A stretch of DNA of 63,948 nucleotides, counting the filler, from Dirinaria sp. TL-2023a (taxonomy: Eukaryota): the NCBI GenBank assembly GCA_051941275.1. It is 27 parts of 27 records of this genome, joined end to end, with 100 filler letters (N's around TTAATTAATTAA, not from the genome) between each part and the next. Parts side by side here need not be neighbours in the genome. Positions count along the whole stretch, not along the records: positions 38,244 to 40,513 come from JAVEBF010002338.1; positions 40,614 to 42,883 come from JAVEBF010002339.1; positions 42,984 to 45,251 come from JAVEBF010002340.1; positions 45,352 to 47,602 come from JAVEBF010002341.1; positions 47,703 to 49,950 come from JAVEBF010002342.1; positions 50,051 to 52,296 come from JAVEBF010002343.1; positions 52,397 to 54,637 come from JAVEBF010002344.1; 20 more parts are not named here. The stretch is one strand, 5' to 3'. The first letter of the stretch is position 1. The number at the start of each line of letters is the position of its first letter. A program made the translations under genes and the position numbers. Shown here in pieces: positions 39,010 to 53,079 of this stretch. The notes beneath the pieces are model-generated. The model did no database searches and was not told where the DNA came from. It saw nothing but the letters and a program-made list of their open reading frames with translations.

Positions 39010-39973
39010 ATGGTTTTTCTCATTGGCTTTTTCTTATTTAACATCTATCTATGCAAAGGGATTTTCGCGAATTGCTATTACCTTAATGGGACCGACGCGG
39101 ATTCTTATTACTCGGCCGGAGGTCCCTTTAAACAATGCAACCCGGAAGCCCCTGTAAGCATGTGCTGCAATGTACGCGACCAATGCCGCAAGGACGGCTT
39201 GTGCTTGTTCAATGGCACCGTATGGCGAAATTCCTGCACGGACCGGACATGGCGGAGTCCGAGCTGCATTAAATTGTGTGTGAATAGCTACCCATGTAAG
39301 TTTTGGAGTCATGAGGCTAAAGCAAAGCAAAGCAAAAGCTGCAGACTCTAACGCCAGCGCCTATGTTGAAATAGGGATTGAAGTAACGCCTTGCGGAGAT
39401 GGAAGTTACTGCTGTGGCGAAGGACCGATTGCCGGATCATGTTGCGAGAACGGAGAAGGTGTCTGGATCGAGAACGGAGAAGAGACGCTGCAGAACCCGT
39501 CATTGTCAAACGCTACACTGCAGCCGTCATCACCGACTATTGAAACCTCAACCGCAACATCCTCACGATCCAGCCAAGTTGCTGTGACCGAATTTCTCAC
39601 GAGAAGCTCTGTGCCCACAAGTAGCGCCGTACCCACGAGCACTGCCCGCACCGGGTCTCACACGAAATCCATTGTCGGCGGCACAGTGGCTGGTCTCGTT
39701 GCCTTGCTGATTCTTGGCAGTATTTTGGGGCTTTGCTGGCGCAAACACAGGACGAGCAAGCCAAAGCTCGTCGCAGACGGTACTGGACCGAGCGAGATGA
39801 GCGAGTTGGCGGGAGGAGATTCGCTACCCAAGGCTCAGCTTCACGGCATCAGTCACGTCAGTGAGTTGTGGGGACAACAGTTTCCTCCACATAAAGAGAT
39901 CGACTCTCGTACTATACACGAGGCGCTTGGTTCGGCGCACCATGGTCGGCAAGAGCTGGATGTTCCGCCTTGA
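39010..39973 (+). CDS. Single-pass cell-surface protein (Cys-rich ectodomain, S/T stalk, TM, Mid2/Wsc-like cytoplasmic tail); intron 39296-39344
   Basis: Signal peptide; CYYLNG..SMCC..CRKDGLC..WRNSCTDRTWRSPSCIKLC..VTPCGDGSYCCG; S/T stalk; IVGGTVAGLVALLILG TM; repeated (S/H)EL motifs in the tail. Confidence 0.85.
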
Positions 39974-40613
39974 AATGTTGATCTATTGAAGGTTTAAAAA
40001 AAAGGAGAAAATTTGCGACTTTGGGCCTAAGAAAAAAAATCACTAGGTTTTATCTGATTACTACGGTCCCTAACGCTCCTCCAAACCAAAAGCATAGCGC
40101 TTCGCAGTATGATCCTCTTGGAAAGAAACGCACCTTGTCTGTGCTGAATGGTGCTCCTACGAATATTTTTATCTATTATCCAGCAGCTGAACTTTCGACT
40201 AGGCTTTCCAGCCTCAGACCCGCATAAACGATGACCAGCGTTTCTCAATATGCGGTGCCATGCAAAGCTCTCCTGATGATGGCAACAGAAAACATGTCCT
40301 CACAGTTTCTAACCTTTGCATTGTTTTGGACTGGTAGCGTTGATCTGTGGGAGAGAAATGGTATCAGTTTCATGGAGAGAAACAAGATATCGTTTATGTT
40401 GCTTGGAGAAAGCACTCAGGATTTAAAGAAATTAAAAACTTTTGCTTATTCCACGTCATTATCGAGTTATTAGCACAACAGCACAGATGGTCTATTCTAT
40501 TCTTCAGAGCTGCNNNNNNNNNNNNNNNNNNNNNNNNNNNNNNNNNNNNNNNNNNNNTTAATTAATTAANNNNNNNNNNNNNNNNNNNNNNNNNNNNNNN
40601 NNNNNNNNNNNNN

Positions 40614-42381
40614 AGCGATTGCCAATGCATTCAAGCCCATCTCCGCCTGGAACCGGTTATGGAGGGAAGAAGAGAAAGTGAACGATCCTCAGCAGAAGAT
40701 CCTACAAGACCGGCAAGCCAAGGCCGAAAAGGCCTACGCGGAGTTGAAGCGAAGTGGGTTCAAAGGAACCCAAGTCACTCCCACTGCAGCTCTGCCTATC
40801 GAAACCCCGACTACCCAGCATGATTCAGCTCCTCTTAACTCACAAACAACTTCGTTCCGCGATTCAGCCATTGACGTTGACGATTTACGACCCTCCGGCG
40901 AGAGTAAGAGAGACTCAAGAGCCGTAGATGAGGTCATGCCCGCGCCGTCGATCCCATTCACGAGAGCTATAAGTCCGATGCCCAGCACCAGTGGACGTCG
41001 GGCGTCCTTGAACCTTCGTACACCGTCCCTGAACACGCTCAAGAGGGTCGGCTCCCACCTTCAACTACCATCTTCCAAGCGGCATTCGGCCCAGGAAAGC
41101 ATCTTCTCGACCACCGAATCTGTCAATTCCGACGCAAGTCTTCGCAAGCAGCCGTCGAAGAAGGATCTGTTAAAGCAACAACGGCTGCACAAGAAAGTCA
41201 GCAATCTTGAAGCCAAGCTTGAAGCGGCTCGCCGTGAACTCGAAGAGGCTCAGGGGCTGGTTCCTGAGACTACGAGTACAGCGCCCACTAGAAAAGCTTT
41301 CACGCCCGGCGCACTACCATCGCTACCTTCGGAACGTTTGCTGAAGGACAACGTTGACGGTGCTAGTGGCGCAAATAGCCAAGTTCCCATCGCTCCGAAA
41401 GTAGACACTTTACCTGGTGCCAACCTGCGCAGCAAGTTCTCTGTGAACATGTCCCCTGAAACTAAGACCACAGGTCACACTAGTCGAAAGCGAAAGAGTT
41501 CGCAGATGAACAATGTGATCATCTTTCCCAACCTTGCAGTCAAACCCGCAGAAGGTGGTGACTCTGCAGCACCCGAAAGCGTATCCAAGCGCCCTCGAAA
41601 TTCACCGAAAACCGTCGCTCCAAAGAGCAAACCTCGACCGCTCCCGCGCACACAATCCGAACACGACATCCACGATCCTCAGAAACCAGAGTCCAGGAAG
41701 CGCGCCACCGCAACAGAACCACCGGTACCCGCACTCCCTCCGCCGTTCGACCCATCGCAAGTGGACCGGATCAAAATCATGATGATGCGCAACTCGAGCG
41801 ACTACGGCGAAATCCCATTCGGAAGAAGCCCCATGGACGCGATGAACCTGCGCAAGGCGTACCCACTGATCACCGATGAGCAGGTAGACGAAGTGCTGGG
41901 GCGTCGCGCGTCGGATCTCAAAACCACCGATTTCACATCCACAGCCCACCACGCCCCCAAAACCAACAACAACCGCGCGCCAACCACACCGACCGTCGAC
42001 GTCAGACCCCGATCCGTCTCGCCGACCACCAAAGACGGCTTCAAACCGTCGATCAGCAAATCGTCGCTGCGCTCCCGCGGCCGCGTCCCCGTCCCCAACA
42101 ATACGCCCACCAGCGCGCGGAAAACGGCGCAGGAACAGTTCGAGGAGATTGCGCACGAGGCGGCCGATCGGAGTAAGGAGGAGATGGAGATGAATGGGGC
42201 GGCAGCAGGAGGAGGGGAAGAGGAGAAGGATACGGTAGCCCCGTTGCCCCCGAGCAGCGAGCCGGCGACAAAGGGCCTGCCGCCGTACCCGAAGGATCCG
42301 AGCGTCACGGTGCAGACGCAGGGCAAGCCGCTGCCGGGCGTGCAGAGGGAGGAGTATCAGTGGGATGAGGATGTTTTTTGA
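40614..42381 (+). CDS. Low-complexity hypothetical protein, C-terminal part (5' truncated)
   Basis: Long stop-free frame (567-aa ORF from 40678) with KQPSKKDLLKQQRLHKKVSNLEAKLEAARREL coiled coil, FTPGALPSLPSERLL and terminal EEYQWDEDVF motifs. Confidence 0.8.
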
Positions 42382-43794
42382 ATGGAAGGGATGAGGGGCA
42401 AGATAATTGATTGATATGATTGATGGGAGAGGAAAGGTTTTGCGATCTTTTTTTTCCCCCCCCTTTTACTTTTTTTGAAGAGCGGGAGAATAGGAGTGGA
42501 AACCTTGTTTTTGTTATCCAGCACATCTCCGGAACAACAACAACAAAAGAAAAGCCTGTTCTCGAGAACGGATGGATGGATCGTTTCGTATTTTCATGCG
42601 ATCGTATGCAGATGATGATTGATTGAATTTTCTTGCTGTGAATGCTCATTCCGAGCACAGAGAGACAGACAAACCTGTCCATCTCAGCATCTGCGGAACG
42701 ATGTTGTATGTATTATACATACATCATAGCACGGTTACACATAGTACATATATCTGAATTAAATTGATTTTTTATTTTTATTTTTCTCTTCCTCTTTTTT
42801 CTTTTCTTTTATCTACGTCCCCGACCCCGACCCCCCTGCTCTTCCGCTCTGGTTGGTTGGAAGGATGGAGGAGAAGTGAGAGCNNNNNNNNNNNNNNNNN
42901 NNNNNNNNNNNNNNNNNNNNNNNNNNNTTAATTAATTAANNNNNNNNNNNNNNNNNNNNNNNNNNNNNNNNNNNNNNNNNNNNTCTTTGCTTCAAGGCTC
43001 CTGTGTGAACTGAATTCAGATTTTATGAGAGCGTGACATGGCAAATTTGAGTTGCAATTCCCTTCTCTGAGGCCGAGCGGCGATATGGCTTGATACTGAA
43101 TAGTCCATGGCTTATTGCCTCAACCGATGGATGAACTCTTGTAGTTTAGCACGAGCGAATGCTTGTCAACTATTTGTTTACCTGATACATACTTCGAGAA
43201 GAAGGCTAAAAAATGATTAGTATGCTCGACAGTTCACTGTCTCAATTCCCATGAAACCAATCAACGACGCCATAAATGCTTGACAGCAGTATTCACGAAG
43301 CCGTGCCATTTGCCTGATGTGCTAAGTATACACAGTTTACCGTGATGATAGGTTGCATCGACATACCGCAATTAGGTATTCGTTTGCAAGACTGCATTGG
43401 CCAATGCTCCGACTACCCTCGAATCACACCAAGAAATAGGATAGATACATAGAGATTCTAGTATTTCGAGGGATTATGCTCTGCTTAGCTGGCAACGCGA
43501 TTCAAGCAACAGGTATCGTAAAGCATGGCAAGATCCAAGATGTGCATATTCTCCAATGGTGGTCTCGTGTAGCACTTGAGTCGTGTTTGATTTTCCCCGA
43601 GAGAAGAGAATTTATCTTACTTCATTGGGTTAGTATTTATTCTCTAGCGCGCAGGAGTGCTCGCATATTCGTCAATCGTCACATGCGACAGCTGATAAAA
43701 ACCTTAGTATCTCTGGGGGTAGTATGAAGACTGAGCAAGATCTCTTGATTAATGAGATACCCTCATTTCCAAAACTACTCTTCCACCTGCAGAC

Positions 43795-44701
43795 ATGCGC
43801 GATCCTCTACCAGCGCCAAGAGCTCTCGTGAAATTCACAGAGCCATTGGCCAAGACCCTGTACCTTGGAACGCTCCCTTCTCACGGGCATGAAGTCCTAC
43901 TTGCCTTCTCCATCTACGAATTCGTGAATCGTGTCATATCTCCCCTGATCTCGGCGCGCCTCTTTCCCAAATCATACCCTCAGTTGTCCCGCAAAACGAA
44001 GATCAACTGGAATGTCCATTTTGTGTCGATGGTTCAGTCATGCTTCATCAACTCAGCGGCCTTGTGGGTGATTTTCGCCGACGCAGAGAGAGGTCGTATG
44101 GGTGCGATGCAAAGAGTTTGGGGATACACGGGTGCCTCCGGCATGGTCCAGGGATTCTCGGCGGGGTATTTCCTCTGGGACCTGATTACGAGTATCGAGG
44201 ATGTGGATGTTCATGGCTGGGGAGCGTTGATCCATGCCGCCAGTGCCCTGGCTGTGACGTGCTTGGGCTTCGTAGGTCTCCGACTTGGAGTATTAGAGAA
44301 CCGCTCTGACTTTTTCGAAGCGACCTTTTGTAAATTACTATGGCGTCAACCTTATACTCTACGAATTATCAACGCCTTTCCTCAATATCCATTGGTTCAT
44401 GGACAAGACTGGCTTGACCGGTTCCCGAGCTCAATTGATCAACGGCATCATGCTTCTTGCGACATTTGGCGGTAGCCGCCTTGTCTGGGGCTCTTACCAG
44501 TCTGTGATGATGTACAGGGACATCTGGGCGGCCTACACACAGCCTGGCGAGCTCCCCGTTCCTGCTTGGCTGGCCGTCGCGTATGTCGTCAGCAACAGTA
44601 TCCTAAGCGCTCTGAATTTCTTTTGGTTTAGTAAGATGATAACAGCGGTCCAAAAACGCTTCCAAAAGCCAGAAAGCAACGCTGAGAAGAAAGATAAATG
44701 A
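43795..44701 (+). CDS. TLC-domain (TMEM56/TDA4-like, DUF887) membrane protein; intron 44272-44320
   Basis: WNVHFVSMVQS, RVWGYTGASGMVQGFSAGYFLWDL, GF-RPFVNYYG..LYELSTPFLNIHWFMDK and LNFFWFSKMI motifs. Confidence 0.92.
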
Positions 44702-46199
44702 ACGCGATACACAAAACCGAATAGAGCTCTCAGTAGTGATCATAAATCATGACTACGAGCGACGAGAAGCCGGGCGCCCGGCATCCAGCATTGACTTCCA
44801 GAGGATTGGGCGCCGCCTTGGTCACTTGGGATGCTCTGTCAACATGACCAACCAGACATGATCCTGCCTGCAATCGGCTCCAAAAGCGTAACGCCCATCA
44901 CCAGTAGGTATATTGGAGAATTTACGCTTCTCTACATTCTCTAGGGCAGCTTCGCGCGGATCTCGAGGACCTTGCATAACGAAAGAAAATTAAGTCTTAC
45001 AGCTAGAGGACTGTATGTGATTCATCTAATCATGATCCGGACGAAAGTCTCCACAAGATATGATAAGATGAGGTTATTGGGTTATCAAGGTGATCGCGGA
45101 AGCAAGCAACCAATTATCGATAATGCGTTGGATGCTTATCTGATTTTGTATCTCGAGCTGTTTTACACTTTTTTTTGGGAAGCAAAAGTCTTTAGATAGC
45201 GAAGCAAGAAATTAATGAAATGAGATGGATCACCTTCAGAGAGCAGCATCTNNNNNNNNNNNNNNNNNNNNNNNNNNNNNNNNNNNNNNNNNNNNTTAAT
45301 TAATTAANNNNNNNNNNNNNNNNNNNNNNNNNNNNNNNNNNNNNNNNNNNNGGCTAAGGTAGCCAAGGTCGCCTATGTCGCTTATTGAAAGTGGCTTAAT
45401 CGCGCCAACAAATTATTCGTCTGACGTTGAAAGATCTGAAATCCAGGCTGCCTACTCAAGGCACAAATTTGAAGCAAAGAATCATCTGTGGCTGAATTAT
45501 GCTATCTAATAGCTCGTGTCTCGAAAGGGACAAAAAAAGAAGCAGAAGCAAATTTTTGGAATAGAACTACCCCTCGCTGCTGACTGAAGTTGCCAAGTAA
45601 GCTGTCTGGTAAGCACCAAATAATTTAAGGTGCATTGCGCTTCCTGACAGCCTCCCCCTTAACATTTATCGTCGTGACCACACGACGATGAGCCCTCTTG
45701 CCTAGTTCACTAAGAACGTTTCTATCCCTGCTCTCTTGCCTGCTTCCCTTCTCCTTATCCATCAGTTCCTTTTTTTGGCTACCTCTTTTGCTTCTTGGAA
45801 GATGATCCAAGGCTTCCATTCGCATACCCATCCGCCTTGGTTACCTCAAGAAATTGATCCATAGTACTCATCTCCCAAAGTCGGAGGGCAGGCGCCGGTC
45901 TTCATGCTTGGTGATGCATTTCTTCTTTGACAGTGGCTTTAATCTCTTCTCTCACGTTGGTGGCAGCATCTGGTTCGCAATTTTTCGGCCACGTTTCTAA
46001 ATGATCCCCCTAGGCTGAAGAGAGACCCGCTTCATCTCTTTCCATCCGCGAGACTGTTGATATAAACGATAATAGCCTCGACATGCATAACATAGCTTAG
46101 CGCTTGCTGATCAACAGCTTGCTTGCGCCAGCATCTGCATACTCGATTCAACCGCTCGCCTTTCCAAGTCCAGAGAAAAGGTTCTGCGTCTCCATGATC

Positions 46200-46520
46200 T
46201 TGGAATAGTCACGGATCCGCAATCGCATCAGTAATGAAGCAATACTCAGAAGATTTCGCCCATAGCTACGGTTTTATACCACCAAATCCTGACCTCAGAT
46301 TTGATTAAATGCAATCTACCCCTAGTAACGCCAGTCCTTGAGCCAGCTTTACACACCTCATCACGATCGAAAAAGTCCTCAATGCAAGGCTTGATATCAC
46401 GTCGCAAACCATCGCTTATTATCTCGAGCGAAGACAGGAATTTGGTTCTTCATCCATGCAGATTGGTCTAGAATGCTACTGTTACAGGATTAAATTCAAG
46501 CAATGCAAGATCATATTTCC
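46200..46520 (-). pseudogene. Possible decayed trypsin-fold protease remnant
   Basis: One minus-strand frame gives KYDLALLEF..VCKAGSRTGVTRG..CDCGSV with several in-frame stops; motif order resembles DxAL / KxGRTTGxTxG / GDSGS. Confidence 0.3.
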
Positions 46521-47702
46521 AGTTATTCCTTTTCCCGCCTTTGAGTCCAGAAGATGGTCAAATAACTTAGAGTCCAATTCATGAAAACCTTTATCAAATA
46601 CTAGAGTCCTTTCTCCTCTTATTACCCTACATTACCCTATCCAATACTCAAGAATAATACAATCATCCATCTCTACCTACTAAGCCTCCCCCCTCTTCCA
46701 ATACCCAGCACCTCTAACCATTTCCCTCGCCACTTTCCCCCCCTTTCGTAATACTCGAGCATAAAATCATCTTTCCACCTCCTAGCCCATTCCCCCCCTA
46801 AAAAAACGCCCCCGATCCCTGAAGACCTCTCTCCTCCCACCTCCCACTCATCCCCTCTCCAAGCACCACCCAGCCGAACTTCCCCATCAACCTCTAACCA
46901 TCCATCGAAAGCAGCACTTAGCCCACTTATCTCATCTTTATCAACACCCACCGCCCAAAATATGCTTCTGTAGGAAATCTGGTCTGGTCGGGGTGGTGCT
47001 TTATCACCTCCTACCAGCAGGGCCTGGCGGATCCATATCCGAATATCAATTTCGAGATCAGCGAAGCTATCTTTTGTTCAAAAGGAACTTGAATTTTTTG
47101 GGGGGCAGGGGGCTCTTGATAAACCCAATCACAAAGATAAAGACTCAGTCCACCTAGTACGATCTACGAATCAGATATCACGCATATTCTACTTGAAGTA
47201 TTATTTTCTCAAGGTTTAAATCTCGTCACGGGCGCACTTTCTGAGAGAGAAGCGTTCTTCGTATCCCCTTCCCTCCATCCGAATCTACCTCTATCACACA
47301 CTCTGCATGTATCCCTCGACAACTTTTTTTTAAAAAAAAAAACAACAACTCGTCGTGCGATAAACGTTTCAAATATCAAAAAACCCATCCTTAAAACACT
47401 ATAAATGAGAATATACAATTCAATTACGGGCCATTCAAACAGGTCTCTCGAGTCGATTTCCATCTAATCGATATCAATACTTGGTTATTATGTAGATTGT
47501 GATGGTTCGGCGTTCTAGATCAGGTTTTATAGCAAGGAATGATGGCGTTGAAGGATATCGATTTTTGTTAGTATTGGAAGTTTGTGTTTAAATGAAAATG
47601 GGNNNNNNNNNNNNNNNNNNNNNNNNNNNNNNNNNNNNNNNNNNNNTTAATTAATTAANNNNNNNNNNNNNNNNNNNNNNNNNNNNNNNNNNNNNNNNNN
47701 NN

Positions 47703-48560
47703 CTTGCTATGCCAAAGGACTTTATCTGTATTTAGCTTCATGATCTTGATGGAGTGGTCTGCAGCCATAGCCATGAGTTGCTGCGTTTGTCTGCTGGTAC
47801 ATTCTTCTTCTCTTTGTCGAGGAGCTTGTTATATGTTCGACCGAGGGGAGATTTGCATGGCTTTCTCCATAATCTGCAGCCTGAGCCAAGAGTTGCTCTC
47901 ACATGTCCTTCTTCTCCTTGTCGGGGCCCTTGGGACATAGCTAATCGAGGTAAGACCTGCTATGCCAAAGACGATCATGTTAAGTCCGCCTCACTATCTT
48001 GATGATGTAGTGTGCAGCCTTGGCTACGAGTTGCTGCGTCTGCCTGATGGTGTGTTCTTCTTCTCCTTTGTCGTGGAGGCTTTTGTATAATCAGTCGAGC
48101 TCAGAGCTGCATAGCTTTTTCCAGGAGAATGTCGTATCTATAGCCTCAACGGTGAGTCGCTGTGCTGTCTGCTTGTCTGCTTTCTCGCATTTGCTTTTTC
48201 TTTCTTGCTAGGGGGCTGTTGAATCGTTAATCTAGGTACGAGGTGGATAGCTTTCTACATACTCTGCAGCATCAACCACGAGTCGCTCACCGATGTTCTA
48301 TTACTCTTTGTCGAAGAACTGTTATATGTTTAATGAAGGTGAGAGCTGCAAGCTCTCTCGATACTCTGCTGCCTTAGCCACGAGTTGATGTGCTCGTCTG
48401 CTTTCTCGCACGTTCTTCTTCTGTGTTGCGGCCTTGTTATAAGTCAGTCGAGGTCAGAGCTGCTATGCCAAATGTCTTGATGTATAACTTGCCTCACGAT
48501 GCTGATGCAATTCCCTGCGGTACTAGCCTCGACTTGCTGTGCCTGTCTGCTTTCTGGGGT
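47703..48560. repeat. Degenerate tandem repeat region
   Basis: TGCTATGCCAAA recurs at ~47706, 47958 and 48461; variants of GCCACGAGTTGCTG..GTCTGC..TTCTTCTTCTCTTTGTCG recur about every 100-250 nt. Confidence 0.6.
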
Positions 48561-51500
48561 TTCCTTTCCCTCTTCTTGCAGCGGCTTCTTACATATGTGT
48601 ATGCACCTAGGTCATATCGAAGTCAAGGCTCTATAGCTACCGCTATGGGACCCAAGCCTCATATCGATGGAAGTCCATCCTGGTAGATGGGTTGTGGGCT
48701 TGCAAGGTTTTTATAGGGAAAGCAGACAAGTGTGGGCTGTGAGTGTCGCGGGGATCTTAACCACAGACGCTTGTCCCAAAAAGGTTTACGGTGATTCAGC
48801 AACACCATTCAGGAGTCCAGCAGCAAATCACTCACAAAGAATAGACTGTTGCTCATGCGAGAGTGACACTCTATTGTTTATACACTTGCTTATTCACTGC
48901 TCAGCAGGGGTGGTTGCAGCCAATGACTACTTCCTCGAGATTTGCATGCATATCCTGATAGAGGTTCGTTCCCCAAGCAATCCAAAAGTACATATTGGCT
49001 CTGATACAAATTACATTTGAAAACTGCATCTACATCCTCTTTTCGCAATTCTGAGTGAGCAAAACGCACTCCACGCTGATCCACGTCTTGATACCCAGCT
49101 GATCCAGGCCACAGGAACAGACACAGCAAGAAGCAAGACTCGAAAAACATACTCTGGGAGGCTTCTCACCTTGGTGGCTCGGTGATCGTCGTCAAAGATA
49201 TCTCAGTCGAAGACTCGCGTCTGTTATCCTCTCCTAACCATCATTCTACCGCTGAAAAGACTCTAGCCCACACGTCCAGGACAGAAAAGGCCAATAACCC
49301 CACCACCGCTCCAAGAATACGCCGGTTCACACGACTGCAACGCAGCAAGAAGGTTTGCTGTGGCAGAAACGGAGGATATGCACAGCAAGCAGATGTAGAG
49401 TGATTTGCAATAAAGACGGTGCCAACAATAAGTTGGGTGAGTTACGCTTGCTGAGCATTGACAAAGGGCATCCAGAAACCATTCTTCGATTACTGGTACA
49501 CGGATGCCTCTTCGGCAGGATGTGGATGGGCTTGTCTCGCAGTGACGAACCGCTGCCGAATGGACAGCAGGTCAAGGTTCGTATCAAGATCCTACCAAAT
49601 GACTTAATACACCAAAGGGAAAGCCAAGGAAGGAAGCTCATTCTTGCAACGGCATGAGATCAATCTTGCCGTCTTGAAAGATAGCAGTGCACTCACGCTC
49701 ATATGATGTCGTACCCAGCAATCGCTCAGCACAACGACGAAACATGTTGCTGTCCCAATCTGACCAGCCTCATACCACCGGAAGAAGAGTGCAAAACACA
49801 AGGGCCTTAAACATATTACAGAAGGTTTTGACTTTGCGAAAGCAACCTCTGCTATCGCCTAGCCACCTTGACGTTGGAACAGTCTCCTTTCGCTTGCGTC
49901 CTCTTCAGTCCGGTGGCCAGATTCGCCTTCTCACCTTTACGCCTCTGGCGNNNNNNNNNNNNNNNNNNNNNNNNNNNNNNNNNNNNNNNNNNNNTTAATT
50001 AATTAANNNNNNNNNNNNNNNNNNNNNNNNNNNNNNNNNNNNNNNNNNNNGTTCGATATAGTATCTGATTCCAAAACTCTATGGACCTATCCGGTCTTTG
50101 ATCGACTTGAGTACATTCAGCCTGTACATGTACTCCTTCTTCCCAAAGCAAAAAAAATCTAAATACATCTGACCATTCAGGTACTAATAACCCCTCCAGG
50201 AACCTCTGAAGCAACAACTTGAAAAAACGAACACACTTTATCATGGCATATCTTTAACGTCTTTGCAGACTTCCTTCACCACCCGCTATCAATTCCAGCT
50301 CTGCACGAATCCATGCACGATGCAATGTATTATCTCATTACGCTTAGCGCTTATTCGAAGAATGATGCTATGATAAAGCTCAAGGGCCTAACATTAACAT
50401 GGTTGGTTTATTTGCTACTGCTATTATAACCTATTGGTAGTGCTGGTTCGTTCGTGAGTGTAGAACGCAATTACCTAGTCGCGTCGAGGTTATCGAAAGT
50501 AGAAATTTGGGTTTTTAGACTGGCAGAGATATGGATTGGTTTGAAATGCTTTTACTCTAGGAGGGAAGGAGATAAAGGTGTTGGAAGGGAAGGGATGGTT
50601 GAGATGGGCGCTGCTCTGGGGTCCTGATTTCTTGGGGACTTGTTTGGGCAGCGGGTTTTTTTGACGAAGGGATTTGGTTTAAGGGGGGAGAAAAGTATGT
50701 GTGGATTTTCTTTTTTAAAAAAAAAAAATTGGGTACTGTACTGTGCTCAATCCACTAGTATCTATACAGGGAGGCTTTTTTTTTTCCTCTAAAAAAAGAG
50801 AGAAAGGGCAGAGAAGTTAAATAAAAATGTTTGTATTTTGAATCGCGATATAAGACAACTTCGTCTTCGTGACAGACTCCTTGTTCGATATCCATTGCAC
50901 ACTGTTATAAATCGCGACTCATCTACTGACATGATCTTGTTCAGATTTCCAAAACTTCTCTTATCATCACAAATGAATGTAATCGAGTCCACATAAACCT
51001 TGACACAGTCTCTTGGGTTGTCTAATCGTCCTGTACGACATCAAATCTGATCTTCAACGACCTGATTAAAACAATTCTTCAAAAAAGATTGTACGTGCCA
51101 GCATCGAGATTGGAAATTGTATCCAGTTCTCGCGACTTCATAGATTCTTTGTTTCCGTTCTCGTTGAACGATTTGCTGAATATCGGTTCCTTCATTTTGT
51201 GAGTCATGTCAGAATAAATAACAACGACATTGAGTTTCAAGCACCCTCCGCAGAGCGACGTTTAGAAATACGAATTATCGCTGACGTGTTGGTAAGGTTT
51301 GGGCCGAGGGTGAGAGAATAGGGGATGTGCATCTTGTGAAACAGGTCAGGGAATTTGTGTCGTCTCGGTCCCTGCTTCTGTAACGTAAGATATGGAGGGT
51401 TTTCATCACCTTCGATTATATGAAGTTGAAAGTGAAAGAGGTCGAGCACATGGAGAAGATCATTCTCATTTTGAGAGAATTATACGAGGCAGGAGATTTT

Positions 51501-53079
51501 GGAGAATGAGTCTTCGGCGCTGCATTGATGCCCTATGCCTCAAAGCTCTCGAATCAGAAGCTGCAGCCACACGTGGCATACTTCTCGGAGAGTCGGGTTA
51601 GATTGCAAGCCGTAAATTGACTGAAATAGCCACCGATGATCTAGTGTGTTTCTTCCATGACTGGCACCAGAAAATGAAGAAATGAACGAGCTTCGAGAAG
51701 TTTTTTTTGATGCGTATGACGTGAAATTATTTTGAATCTTGTTTTGGGGAGTTGCTTATAAATGCGCTGTAGAAGCTGGATGATGTCGGTGCGCAGCGTT
51801 CGAGAGGGAGCTTGTTCGGGTCTCTAGAGGCTAGGGGTCCCTTCGTATGACAGGAGATTTAGATTGACCGAAGGCTTATTCGTCCCATTGATAGCTTGAA
51901 CGAGATTTCGAGGACTTTTCAGGCACAACAGACGGAGTCGAACATATTTATCAGATTTGGAGGTGAATTGGAACTTTTGTATGTGTATTGGTGCTCAATT
52001 GCGTAAAACCTATCCGGTTGTAGTCCGGCATGTTTCATCAATCGTATCAACTATCTTATGTTGGATAGGTAACGTAAACGCGAGTAGGACATGAACCAAA
52101 AACACAAGAGAGAAAAAAAAATCAATATTAGAGAATATATATTTTAATTGCGGTCCATCATTCAAGGAATCCCGATGATGGTGCAGAGGGCTGCTCGAGA
52201 TAGTAGGGATAAGACCCCGCTAGTCCAGAGTGCTGGCGCTGATGTGCAGTCGGGTTCCTTTTTGTGGTTTTTGGTAAAAGGTCGTTGGTTCGAACCNNNN
52301 NNNNNNNNNNNNNNNNNNNNNNNNNNNNNNNNNNNNNNNNTTAATTAATTAANNNNNNNNNNNNNNNNNNNNNNNNNNNNNNNNNNNNNNNNNNNNATCA
52401 TATTGTTTAACAATATGTCGACTAGTATTTTTATAGTGTCTCATGCGAAAGTGTTGGCTCCATTCAATCACAAGATAGTATGTCTGTTCTTAGGCTAAGA
52501 GGCTGAGCGGACCACTGTGGATGTGGTGGCATGCATAATGATAACTGTGTCTCACCATCTAACCCATCCTCATTGCGCTACTCGCCAAAAGTTGGGCGGG
52601 CCAGTGAAGACGGCATTGGTGAAGATACTTTTGGTCTATGAAGCCAGTCCAAATCAGTTTTATGGTGTTGGCTACTCGCTTCCCATCATTATAACGCGGT
52701 TGGTCCATTGCTTACTCAATCGCCGCGTTGACTAGGCAGGGATTTACCACTGGCAAGCCTAGGTTCGATGTAAGCGCGAACCGACTAGTTTCTGCTAGAC
52801 CTTCACCTATGCTATGAGGCTCTAAATCGCTTTTCTGGGACCGTACTTCGCGGATGATGGCGTTTATGACGGTCCTGCGGGAGTGAGACTGTCCTGAGAA
52901 TGATGAAGGATTTGCGTCGGCTCGATAGCACGACATGACTGCACGATCAGCCCTACCATGATCCGAGGCGTCCAATCACATAGCGTGCCTCCATTCAGGA
53001 CTTCCAGAACGAGGTTCGGCTGCTGTAGATTCACTAACAACAACACGATCATTATGAAGATATTGCATACACCATAGAT

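Noticed and set aside
50051..52296. Short ORFs on both strands
   Set aside because: No motif or coherent exon chain found; treated as intergenic or unrecognisably decayed.
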